Shown: positions 11,977 through 23,503, counted from the first letter of the whole stretch. The stretch: 63,484 bases of DNA, filler included, from Octopus bimaculoides (GCF_001194135.2; 4 parts of 4 records of this genome joined end to end with filler, not necessarily neighbours in it); one strand, 5' to 3'. Program-made: numbers and translations. Notes: a model not told the origin generated them from the sequence alone.

Positions 11977-13422
11977 TTCTGTTTGACGAGAGCTTAGTAT
12001 GTCCTATTATAAAAGACACACCATTTTATAATGGTAAAAACAAATAACATAATATTATATATCTCATTATTAAATGCCAGAGAATGGCCACAGCACAGCG
12101 GGATTTGATAATAACAGATATATATATTCTGTTCTGTCTGGGGAGAGTCATTTTCTTATCATGCCTTAAAATTTAATACACTCACCGTTAAATTTCCACT
12201 TATTATTTTTTATGTTCCTAAAATTTTCGTTGCGTCTTGCAACCTTTTCAATAGTCTTGAAGGCACGATAAGAAAATGACTCTCCCCAGACACAACAGAA
12301 AATGCTTCAACACACGAAATCAAATAAAAAATCTTGCAAACCAAATCCAAAAACGAAAGATTATATATATTCTTTATTTTCTCTCCTTGTTTCTTCCTGT
12401 GTTCTTTTCTGTGGAAGAACATATGCTCGAAACGTTAAAGACTTTTTCACTTACCGAGCGTTAAACTAATACATCTGTTTCTTATCAACACCACCTGTCT
12501 TCGTCTTTTGTTTTCTTCTTGTGATTTATCTCCCTATANNNNNNNNNNNNNNNNNNNNNNNNNNNNNNNNNNNNNNNNNNNNNNNNNNNNNNNNNNNNNN
12601 NNNNNNNNNNNNNNNNNNNNNNNNNNNNNNNNNNNNNNNNNNNNNNNNNNNNNNNNNNNNNNNNNNNNNNNNNNNNNNNNNNNNNNNNNNNNNNNNNNNN
12701 NNNNNNNNNNNNNNNNNNNNNNNNNNNNNNNNNNNNNNNNNNNNNNNNNNNNNNNNNNNNNNNNNNNNNNNNNNNNNNNNNNNNNNNNNNNNNNNNNNNN
12801 NNNNNNNNNNNNNNNNNNNNNNNNNNNNNNNNNNNNNNNNNNNNNNNNNNNNNNNNNNNNNNNNNNNNNNNNNNNNNNNNNNNNNNNNNNNNNNNNNNNN
12901 NNNNNNNNNNNNNNNNNNNNNNNNNNNNNNNNNNNNNNNNNNNNNNNNNNNNNNNNNNNNNNNNNNNNNNNNNTATATACATATATATACATACATACAT
13001 ACATACATGTATATATATATTGGTGAATTTACGAAAAAACCCACAACAGACGAGGACAGGTGGTCTAAACAACAAAAGAATGTATTAGTTTAACGCTCGG
13101 GAATAGAGAAAGTCTTTAACGTTTCACTAAGGTATCAGTACACTTCATAACCGGACTCGCATCCGTTGTTTTGATGTCATATCATGTAAGTAGATAGATG
13201 CAATAACTGGAGCTCTAAATCTGTGCTAACTAATTTTTCGAGCACTCAAATTCTGTTTGACGAGAGCTTACTATGTCCTATGTTCGGCGAGAGCTTAGTA
13301 TGTCCTATTATAAAAGAAACACTATTTTATAATAGTAAAAACAAATAATATAATATTATATTATCTCATTATTAGATGCCAGAGAATGGCCACAGCACAG
13401 CTGGCTGTGACATGAACAGATA
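11977..13422. repeat. ~145-bp direct duplication (11977-12120 and 13251-13422) bracketing the inverted-repeat cluster
   Basis: Both read TTCTGTTTGACGAGAGCTTA..ATGTCCTATTATAAAAGA..GCCAGAGAATGGCCACAGCACAGC..AACAGATA; the second copy has an extra internal ~27-bp duplication. Confidence 0.85.
12135..13125. mobile_element. Penelope-like (PLE) terminal-sequence cluster with two inverted-repeat pairs
   Basis: 33-bp IR 12135-12167 / 12260-12292 (32/33 match); ~105-bp IR 12429-12535 / 13021-13125 around a (TA)n gap; hammerhead-like CTGTGGA..GAAAC at 12409-12433. The PLE assignment is inference. Confidence 0.5.
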
Positions 13423-15516
13423 ACTTTCGTCTATTAGACACAGCTCTATTTGATTAGACTGTATATACTTATATATTCGTTGCAATGATATTAAGGGAAA
13501 TGACTGTATAAACTGAGAGATAAATGCCATAACGCAATCTCAATATTGACTTATGAACAGCCAATACTTCGGTTTGCTAGCTGACAACATATTGACTAGG
13601 ATATTACGAAATATCATGATGGTTTTCTCTCTCTTTTCCGTGTTACAAATGTTCGTCTGAAAATCTTCTTGACAAAATATAGCAAGTCTGACTTAAAGCA
13701 AAGAAATTCAATAGAAGTTCAATTCTGATTCTATAAATATTTTTCCTTTAAACGGTTATATTTTACTACAGTTAATCACTCTTTCTTACATATAATCATA
13801 CACACATACGCATACATATGTATACATATGTATGTGTGTATTTATATATATANNNNNNNNNNNNNNNNNNNNNNNNNNNNNNNNNNNNNNNNNNNNNNNN
13901 NNNNNNNNNNNNNNNNNNNNNNNNNNNNNNNNNNNNNNNNNNNNNNNNNNNNNNNNNNNNNNNNNNNNNNNNNNNNNNNNNNNNNNNNNNNNNNNNNNNN
14001 NNNNNNNNNNNNNNNNNNNNNNNNNNNNNNNNNNNNNNNNNNNNNNNNNNNNNNNNNNNNNNNNNNNNNNNNNNNNNNNNNNNNNNNNNNNNNNNNNNNN
14101 NNNNNNNNNNNNNNNNNNNNNNNNNNNNNNNNNNNNNNNNNNNNNNNNNNNNNNNNNNNNNNNNNNNNNNNNNNNNNNNNNNNNNNNNNNNNNNNNNNNN
14201 NNNNNNNNNNNNNNNNNNNNNNNNNNNNNNNNNNNNNNNNNNNNNNNNNNNNNNNNNNNNNNNNNNNNNNNNNNNNNNNNNNNNNNNNNNNNNNNNNNNN
14301 NNNNNNNNNNNNNNNNNNNNNNNNNNNACGAAAAATTTTCGTTACGTATTATACATCATTGTACATTTACATAATTGATGTATATGTCTGCTTAGAAGTG
14401 TATGTTTATGCATGTATCGATATATTGGTGTGCGATATAATTGTATGTAGTATGTATGTATGTATGTATGTATGTATGTATGTATGTATGTATGTATGTA
14501 TGTATTATGTATGTTTGTACGTACGTATGTACTTATGGATGGACGGATGAACTGATACATTGATAGCTGGGTGAGTAGACCGGTGGATGAAAGAAGGGAG
14601 ATAGTTAGCTAGAGATGTCTAAAGTATTTACTGATATTACATCTTAATTCTATAGCATTCCAAAGAATTCAATAAGAATTATCGCAATATTATGCAAGAG
14701 AAGTGCTGAGACACGCTTAGATAAGAACGAAAAACATAAAGCTAGAAAAATCGTGATAAATTTTGGGATAAGTTTTCGGTCATTAATAATCGACACTTTG
14801 TGGGCCAAGTGGCACTAAACTAAGCCGGAATAAATTTATTTTCGCGGTTTTGATTTGAATAATAGTGACAATTATCTTTAAAGAAAGTCTAAAAGCTAAG
14901 AAGGAAAGCAAAAGGAAATGTGCCACATTGCTCGAAAACGTAAGTTCGCATTCTGAAGAATTTCCAATGACAAGGACGTCTGTTAATAAATTATTCCTTG
15001 AAGCTGTATCAGACATGTAATCATAAACCTTAAAAATAGAGTTTGGTCATTGTGTGAAGTTTCAGAGTAGAAAAAAAAAGTGTGGAAATACAATAAACGA
15101 AAATATCAATCATATACAATGATTATATTTCAGAAACATTTCCCAATTTAACTATCCGTATACCTATCCTTTAAAATGACGTAATTGCTATCTTTCTAAA
15201 TATCAATTTACCGATCTAACTATTGAAATGTTCACATATCCAAAGACTTTCTTACCATTTATCTACCTGTCTATGAAGCCAGTTATCTATTTATATATCG
15301 ATATCACTAACTTCTAATCAAATTACGTATATTCATCCATCATTTTTCCTTTCGTACTGCTGGACATCTATCTGCATATGTATCAATTTATTTCACTGCG
15401 CTTAAACTTAGTAACACAAAAGGATATAATTCCTTTTTTCTCTCTATATATCTATATGGACAGACACACAAAAACACACACAAATACACACACACACACC
15501 ATATATATATATTATG

Positions 15517-15559
<43 letters not shown>

Positions 15560-15590
15560 NNNNNNNNNNNNNNNNNNNNNNNNNNNNNNN

Positions 15591-15665
<75 letters not shown>

Positions 15666-18600
15666 TCAACGATAGTGCTCAATAAATAATTAATTATTAC
15701 TTGGGGCTATAACCAATGTGTGTGTGAAATACAATATATGAAAGCATAAAACTTGCATACGGCCAATCTCTCAATCCAAGCAGGAAGGAATAGAATTTGT
15801 TGAAATAATGCAGGATGGAAAATAAAGGATGTACCTTCCGTAGAATGTTAATTATTGCTGAGTAAATTGTGTGTTAGTGAATATCGGCAGGATATATTGT
15901 AAAGGAAACATGAGTATGTGGTACAGTACGAAATAACTGTGTACAGAAATACGTACAAATGTGATGGCAAAGAATCTACGGTATTACTTTAATAATATTC
16001 TTAAAGCCGCAATTTACTCACAATCATTTAGAGCTTATCGCTCATTCATTTCTTAACCAAATTGAAAACATTGTTAACATTTTTGTAGAGGACTGGTTCC
16101 TATCTACATTTTGACATACAAAAGTTGAAATTTCGTCCAGTAGAAAATCGTTTACATCAAAATTTGTAGCAATTTTATAGGAGAGTAAGTAACGCCACCA
16201 ATCAAGTTTAGATCTAAATAACTTTTTTTTTATTTTAAAAGCAAAATATATTTATCTTAGCTTCAATGATAGCAGAAAGCATGAAGAATTTCATAGTTTT
16301 GGCCCCATGCAACAAAAATTGTTTATCGAAAAATGTGTGAGGTAAAATATCACGAATAAATATCTACTTAAGTCAAAGAAATGGATTTAAGTATAATCAA
16401 CTTTTATATTGTAAAAACAAACTATATTCTAATTACGCTTAAATGATAAAGCTCAATTCGAGGAATTTCATGGTATCAATCTCATGCAAGGAAGTTTTCA
16501 AAGAAAAAAGTTATGAGTGTTTGTTTCTCAAATTTGAGGATGATAATATAATTATATACGTTTTTATGGTTATGGTTCTATAAGGGACTTTTAATATATG
16601 TCACCGGCATCATTGAGGTGAGGAAAAAGTTATCAACGACACCGCTAATTGATGCATTTGACACATCTGTTTATACTATAATGGAGAAAGCGGCTTATTA
16701 ATTAGGTATGTAACAATCACTAAAAGTACTAAAAGAAAGCAATTATTAAAAGTTTGACCGTCTGAAAATTTCCTATAATTTCGATTTCTAAAGTTTATTG
16801 AATTTTTGTAACTCCAATTTCTCGAATATTTAAATATTCAATGCATTCACTGCGGAGTATTCCATTTTTATTTGCAAAGTCTCACTTTGTCTTTTAATAT
16901 CTTCATTTGAAGGTTTAATTCTGGAAACCGACAGTTTATTCTGTTAATGTATTCGTAATGTAAAAACATTATTTATTGAATGGAAATTTTTAAAAATACC
17001 CGTATATGTTTGGTTAAAGAATTTAAAAGTGATTTTGTTGTTGTGGCTTTTCGGAACGCTATTAGCCTTTCAATAATAACTATCCGGACCGATTTTGGAC
17101 ATTATCCTTTTTAACTTAAAAACCATGAGAGTAGCCTTTTCGGTAAGAAAAAAAGCATAAAACAAAACAAATTGTGAATATCTTCAGAGGTAAAGGTGAA
17201 CAATTCAAGGAAAGTTTCGCTGTTGTTTCTAGCACAACCCAAACCACCCGCCCTTTTCTCTCTCACATGTATTGATGTTTTTTTCACTAATTTTCTCCCA
17301 TTAAACACATTTTATGAAAAGATGATACCGAAGTAATACACGCGTGGTCCATTGGTGGAAGAAAAACAACANNNNNNNNNNATTTTTACCCCAACGGTCG
17401 CTTTGAAACAGCGACCTGGTCACTGACAAAACTTCGTGCTGCATCACTTTTGTGAAGTTATTCAATGAACAGTTACAAAGCGACGTAAATATTTTGACAC
17501 AAATGAAATTTTAATGTTGAAGTGAAACTAACGGCTTTTGTGTGATCTTGGATGGCTTACAAACATCATCCACGCTGCAATTGTTTTTGTTTCAGCACAC
17601 GATCTCAGAACAAATCACATGCTATGCAAGTACATCTCTGTAATATTTTAAAATCACTGTGGATAAATGCCAGCAATGACCTTCTCAGACTCTCCAATAT
17701 TTTAATTTCTAAGCAGAAACAATCGGGGGCAGGGGGTGGGATTGCCAAAAATTCATAATTTCTCCAATTTTCTTTTTTATAAGATAAAAATGTATTAATG
17801 GTGGTGGGGTGGGGTATTGAAAAACATCAATACAAGCGAGAGTGATACAGAAACGAGGAGGATATGCTACAAACTACAGCCTAATTGACAAAATGTCCTC
17901 ATTGTTTAGTTAAAGCGCTGTAGGGAAGAGAACATATGAAAGGAATAGATAACATTGTTAAAGACTTAGGGAATATGAGAATGAACGGTGCTCTTAGTAG
18001 AGGCGGGATGTTGCGGATTGGTACAAGCTTACATCATATGAAGAATATTAGCAAAAACGTGGTTCAAGAAAAAGCTTCACAACAGATGTGAAAGAGCTTT
18101 GCGAGAGAAAAAAAATTCAAATGTGATTTTAACGAATAAATTCACAATGAGCAATAAGAAGAATCAGGTGGTGCGTAGTTAGAATAATTACACTCTTACC
18201 CAATCTGGTGCGCTAGATGTTTGCATATTGGGTGTGTGAGCAAAAAGAAGCCGGAGATTCTCTCTTTGCTTCTACAGTTTCTAGCATCGCTGCAGGTTAC
18301 TAAGTTGCCTTCATCTCCTGTCTCCGATCGACACCTGATGAAGGGAAGATCACACAGAACAAGTTCTCTGTGTGAGTGTATGTTTATATATGCACTTACA
18401 TACATTCATGTATGTGTGTGGATATATTTATGTATATGTATACATCTACATTCATAAATATACATTATCACATAATCACATATCTGTATGCATACACATA
18501 AATTATTCGTTATATATGTGTGTATGTGCACGTGCGTGTGTGCGTGTACATGCATGTACCTAAAACCTCCGTTATCTAGGAATCTTAATTAATTTTGTTG

Positions 18601-19111
18601 TTTCCTGTGTTGTTTTTATGTTATTGTCGTTGTTGTTTTGTATTGTCAATGTCTTCTGGCTACATATAAGTATAGTGAGTTTTTGCATCAAACTGTATAT
18701 TACCAATAATTATATTCATTGTAGTTCATAAAAAAAAATACACATTATATATGCCTATATATTAATTTTCTTTCATTTCCTTTTTAATCGACACCTGTAT
18801 GATTGAATCGAGCATTGTAATATAGTCACACTACTAGTATATCTGTATCTAGCAGAGTGCTAACATTACTTCAGCTGTAAAGTATCTTGTTTACTTTTTC
18901 TTTTTCTCTTGATTAACGAGTCTACCCTCAGGATACAATTTAGACAACGAAATGTTGAATGAGTGCGATTCTGTTGAAGTTGTTTTTGTTTGATTTTGTT
19001 GTCTGAATCATACATTTATATTAACTAAATATTCGCGATTACACCTATTGTGTTTTTGTTCTTTATATTTCTAATGTTTAGTGAATGTTTTAGTTGTTAT
19101 TGACCAAAATG

Positions 19112-19112
19112 T

Positions 19113-19165
<53 letters not shown>

Positions 19166-19168
19166 TTG
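19112..19168. repeat. (GAT)n microsatellite
   Basis: Read directly. Confidence 0.9.
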
Positions 19169-19814
19169 ATGGAATATTTTGTTTGTTTCACGTATTTTTC
19201 TCCTACATTTATTGTTTGTTTAATGAATTTACCCGGAAGTCCTGTGTGTCACAGATAAATACTATATTGACGAATACTCCAGGAAAAATAAGTTGTTGTT
19301 ATTAACCCTTCCTCAGCCATTTTTGATAAAGCAAACTTCGAATATCTAAGTCACTTCTTGCTTGACATGTCTGCCTTTGTTCTTTCTTCCTTTCTTTGTT
19401 TTTTGAGAGTTTATCTACGCTCACAGAAAGCAATGACTCTTCTTTTCTTAGTTTACTACGGCGCTATATCAGATAGATTGACTGCTATTTTAACACTCAA
19501 AGGAACTCCGCTAATAAGTTCACTCACTTAGCATCGTATACTGCAAGACTAAAATGTATGCCACATATATATTTGCAGTGTAAAATAAAATTCATTATAC
19601 TGTTTGAAACCTGGAAATTCAAATATAATCCAAATGATTGGGTTTGTTTTTTCGCTCTATAATAATGATAAAATTGTTGGTTGTTTTTTCATGTCACAAA
19701 TGATATGTAGAATGAAATTTCTCAAGTCACTCAATGTCTTTCATTCGCCGGTAGTGTATAATATTTAGTACGGAACCTTGTACTTATGTTGGCAAGCACA
19801 CGATGAGTGACTAC

Positions 19815-20047
19815 AAGGCGGCGAGCTGGCAGAAACGTTAGCACGCCGGGCGAAATGCTTAGCGGTATTTCGTCTGCCGCTACGTTCTGAGTTCAAATTC
19901 TGCCGAGGTCGACTTTGCCTTTCATCCTTTCACGGTCGATTAAATAAATACCAGTTATGCACTGGGGTCGATATAATCGACTTAATCCGTTTGTGTGTCC
20001 TTGTTTGTCCCCTTTGTGTGTAGCCACTTGTGGGTAGTAAAGAAATA
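19815..20047 (+). mobile_element. SINE family A (tail variant 2), full length with TSD
   Basis: GGCGGCGAGCTGGCAGAAACGTTAGCACGCCGGGCG..GAGTTCAAATTC..; flanked by ACAYGATGAGTGACTAC at 19798-19814 and 20048-20064. Confidence 0.9.
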
Positions 20048-20496
20048 ACATGATGAGTGACTACTGTAGGCCAGTAATGAAGGTTCTCATCTACAAATAG
20101 GTTAGCATATTTCTGTATATGCAATGTGTTTGTGTATTGGTGTGTGCGCATGTTTAAGGTAAAAACAACATCAGGTGCTATAATTGATGCAAAAATTACC
20201 AGTGATTTATGTATTTATTGAAATATTGACTCAACAAGAACATATGAAGTTTTTTGTTTAGATTTGATCTGAAATTATAAACATAAAAAACATTCAAATC
20301 CGTTAATATGTTTGTGATGGGATCAGTTTTGAATAGAGTATTCCGTGGTCGTTTGTAGCATTACCATGCCGATTTAGGGGTCAGCAAACTTTGAATTAAG
20401 TATGTAATTAACTTAATGGAAAGCAGACTTGCTCAATTGGGATCTCAATAGTTAGTGGGATCTAGTTATATAAAGGGAATATATATTAATATATAT

Positions 20497-20596
20497 NNNN
20501 NNNNNNNNNNNNNNNNNNNNNNNNNNNNNNNNNNNNNNNNTTAATTAATTAANNNNNNNNNNNNNNNNNNNNNNNNNNNNNNNNNNNNNNNNNNNN
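20497..20596. other. artificial scaffold join (44 N + TTAATTAATTAA + 44 N)
   Basis: Identical 100-bp block occurs three times in the window. Confidence 0.9.
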
Positions 20597-20942
20597 CTGT
20601 GTGTCCGTTCTCCCTGTTATTGTTGCTGTTGTATTCGATTTTTTCTCTGTTATTGTTTTTGTTTCTATTGCTTGTCCTCATGTGTTCGTTTTTGCTGTTG
20701 TTGTTGTTGCTGTTGGTGTTCATGGGGTTGCAGTTGTTTTTGTTGCTACGGCTGTTGTTGTTGCTGCTGCTGTGGTTATTGTTGGTATTGTTGTTGTCGT
20801 GATTGTTTTCATCCATGTTGTTGTTGCTGCGGTTATCGTTGGTATTGTTGTTGTTGTGATTGTCGTCATTCATGTTGTTGCTGCGGTTATTGTTGTTGTT
20901 GTCATTCGTGTTGTTGCTGTTGTTGTTGTTGTCATTCGTGTC
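20597..20942. repeat. degenerate (GTT)n array with a ~57-63-bp higher-order unit
   Basis: Repeated GTTGTTGCTGCGGTTATYGTTGGTATTGTTGTTGTYGTGATTGT..TCAT units. Confidence 0.75.
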
Positions 20943-20957
20943 ATATATATATATATA

Positions 20958-21182
20958 CTCTCTTTTACTGTCTTTTACTTGTTTTAGTCAATTGACTGCG
21001 GCCATGCTGGAGCACCGCCTTTAGTCGAGCAAATTGCCCCCCCTCCTCAGGACTTATTCTTTGAAAGCCTAGTACTTATTCTATCGGTCTCTTTTGCCGA
21101 ACCGCTAAGTTACGGGGACGTAAACATACCACCATCGGTTGTCAAGCGATGTTGGGGGACAAACACAGACACACAAACATAT

Positions 21183-21213
<31 letters not shown>

Positions 21214-21385
21214 CATATATACGACAGGCTTCTTTCAGTTTCCGTCTACCAAATCCACTCACAAGGCTTTGGTCGGCCCGAGGCTATAGTAGAAGACACC
21301 TACCCAAGGTGCCACGCAGTAGGAATGAACCCGGAACCATGTGGTTGGTAAGCAAGCTACTTACCACACAGCCGCTCCTGCGCCT
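20958..21385 (-). mobile_element. SINE family B, full length, with internal (CA)/(TA) microsatellite
   Basis: tRNA-like head GGCGCAGGAGCGGCTGTGTGGTAAGTAGC at 21385, internal (TA)n ~21190-21220, body GTCCCCGTAACTTAGCGGTTCGGCAAAAGAGACCG, tail AAGTAAAAGA repeats; (TA)n on both flanks. Confidence 0.85.
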
Positions 21386-21667
21386 ATGTATATATATATA
21401 TATATCCAAAATATTTTACAATTATATCATAATTATAACAAGGGTCTGGCCTTACGCCTCACCACGCACTGCTAGGAATAGACGCTAAAGCTCCTATTAC
21501 CACCTTAAAATCTCCGAGAGATAATACACCATGTCGTAGGTAATCAAAATTAAAACAATGTATACACAATGTTGGTCAACTCCGTAACACTTTCCGGTTC
21601 CAAACTTAATGTAAAATTAAAATATTTTACCTGCTGCCATCATCAGCGGAAGTACTCCGTAAGATAA

Positions 21668-21704
<37 letters not shown>

Positions 21705-21864
21705 TATATAANNNNNNNNNNNNNNNNNNNNNNNNNNNNNNNNNNNNNNNNNNNNNNNNNNNNNNNNNNNNNNNNNNNNNNNNNNNNNNNNNNNNNNNNN
21801 NNNNNNNNNNNNNNNNNNNNNNNNNNNNNNNTATATATATATATATGTTTGTGTTTGTAAATGA

Positions 21865-22250
21865 TCTCTGGATCGGAACGAGTGGAGAAGTGCTGTCAGG
21901 ACTGGTTGTAATGCCTGGGAGGAAAGGATGATTCAGCAGCCTGAATTTAAAAGGACCTGTCGTAAAGGAACAATTAGAACCGTAATCAATAGTAAACATG
22001 TATTATATGTGATGGTGTTCTGTTGGCAAAAAGCAGGGTATGTGAACCATATCAAGTCACATGAAAATCGTAATGCACAGATCTTGGACACCAACAACCT
22101 CTTACGACTTCTGTTATATGTCAAAAAACTTGTAAGACAATATCTGGATTTAAAAAAAAGACATTTGATAGTTCACAAAAAAACATTCCGTCAGAATCAG
22201 ATTCCAAAACGCAAATCGTCTTGATTTGTGTCCGCGCACATCTTCATCTT
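21865..22250 (+). mobile_element. RTE-like LINE ORF C-terminus with two decayed C2H2 zinc fingers
   Basis: DRNEWRSAVRTGCNAWEERMIQQ..KR..RK (from 21871), then CIICDGVLLAKAGYVNHIKSH (21999-22062, +1 nt) and (S)VICQKTCKTISGLKRHLIVH (22110-22176, +4 nt in a homopolymer). Confidence 0.6.
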
Positions 22251-22254
22251 CAAG

Positions 22255-22335
22255 CTGCCCAAGGTGCTACGTAGTGGGACTGAACCCCGAACCATGTGGT
22301 TGGGAAGCAAGCTTCTTACCACACAGCCGTTCGTA
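22255..22335 (-). mobile_element. SINE family B head fragment
   Basis: CCCAAGGTGCTACGTAGTGGGACTGAACCCCGAACCATGTGGTTGGGAAGCAAGCTTCTTACCACACAGCC matches 21300-21375. Confidence 0.75.
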
Positions 22336-22345
22336 ATGCATACAA

Positions 22346-22630
22346 ATGAAGACAGTTGCATCGAGAAGTGTCAATCTTTTAATTAAAGAGGGAACATGTG
22401 GAAGGTGTAGACCCAGGAAGACATCGAATGAAGGGGTGAGGAAGGATCTACAGATATTGGGACTCTCAGACGAGACGACAGGGGAAGGAGACTCCTGGCA
22501 GTTTACTGTGCTTGAAAAAAACGTTCAGATAAGTAAAAGCATGGTTGTCCTTGCATACAGGCTCGTCCCCTGCAACCTTCTCCCTAATCTTGCAGGCTTG
22601 TAGGGGCTGGTGCCACATAAAAAATACCTG
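22346..22630 (+). mobile_element. RTE-type LINE 3' fragment (ORF end plus start of 3' UTR)
   Basis: GTCGRCRPRKTSNEGVRKDLQILGL..GDSWQFTVLEK resembles the RTE RGRPRKTW..V..DL..GL..DR..W terminus; GGTGCCACATAAAAAATACC links it to the 30821-31160 element. Confidence 0.65.
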
Positions 22631-23503
22631 TGCAGATGTGTTTTCATTAACGGAAATATTCATGTTTACTGTGTTTCCATTTAGCAGCGGAATAAATGTG
22701 GCAGTCAACTTTAACTCGTCTTCGTATTTCTTGATGTTCTTTATCATGACTCTAATTACACAAGATGATTAACAATATCATCAGGGCTTTAGCTACTTCA
22801 ACCTTTTCCATTACGCAAACGTACCAACACTCAAGCATTATTGAGACAGAAGTGTCTATAGCTGTTACTCATTTACGTCTTCGTGTTGTATCCTCAGTAT
22901 TTTAAACGCGAATAGCTTCATATGCTTTGGTCCCTCTGTGCACATCTGATTCTCACAAGCTGCTGTCTTTGCTGTATATTTTCATCTTCCTTCCTCGATG
23001 GAGAACTCTCTCATGGTACGATTTATATTGGCCCTTAAATTGCACTGTATAGCTATTGAAGGAAAGACTTCTGTCAAGCCAGACTAGAAATAAAGGCACT
23101 GTCATGGTATTAGCTGTCAGTAGTGAAAGTAGAAAAATCTGACAAGGAACGTTACTTCGGCTACTGACTGGCCGGAGCTACCTGTCTGTCTGTCTGTCTG
23201 TCTGCCTGCCTGCCTGTCTGTCTGTCTGTCTGTATGTATGTCTGCTGGTTTGAGTTGATTCTTTGGCTACTGACTGGCCGGAGCTATCTGGCTGGCTTGA
23301 CAGGTATCATAAACAGATATCATAAATAAATATCATAAACAATGAAATATCTTTGTTTCAAGAATTGCTCGCATCTGGGCGGACATGCTGTCTTCTAACG
23401 TGACTGATATCTCTACACACACGCGCACTCACCTCCACTCTGCACACACTCATGCATACATATCCCTATTAACTCAGGCTACGATATAACATTTTCTTCT
23501 CAG

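Noticed and set aside
18335-18341. Hammerhead core CTGATGA (also 28844-28850)
   Set aside because: No correctly placed stem II plus GAAA follows; 28844 may be a PLE-end relic but cannot be folded.
18278-18371. Candidate upstream TLR exon (TTTGCTTCTACAG acceptor, GTGAGT donor)
   Set aside because: It lies beyond the artificial join at 20497, has no coding signal, and such site pairs arise by chance.
20541-20995. Asn-, Val- or Cys-rich ORFs suggesting a prion-like protein
   Set aside because: Degenerate (GTT)n minisatellite, open in most frames, adjacent to an artificial join.
20997-21385. CRISPR-like or other regularly spaced repeat arrays
   Set aside because: The repeats are dispersed SINE copies or SSRs; there is no repeat-spacer periodicity and no cas genes.
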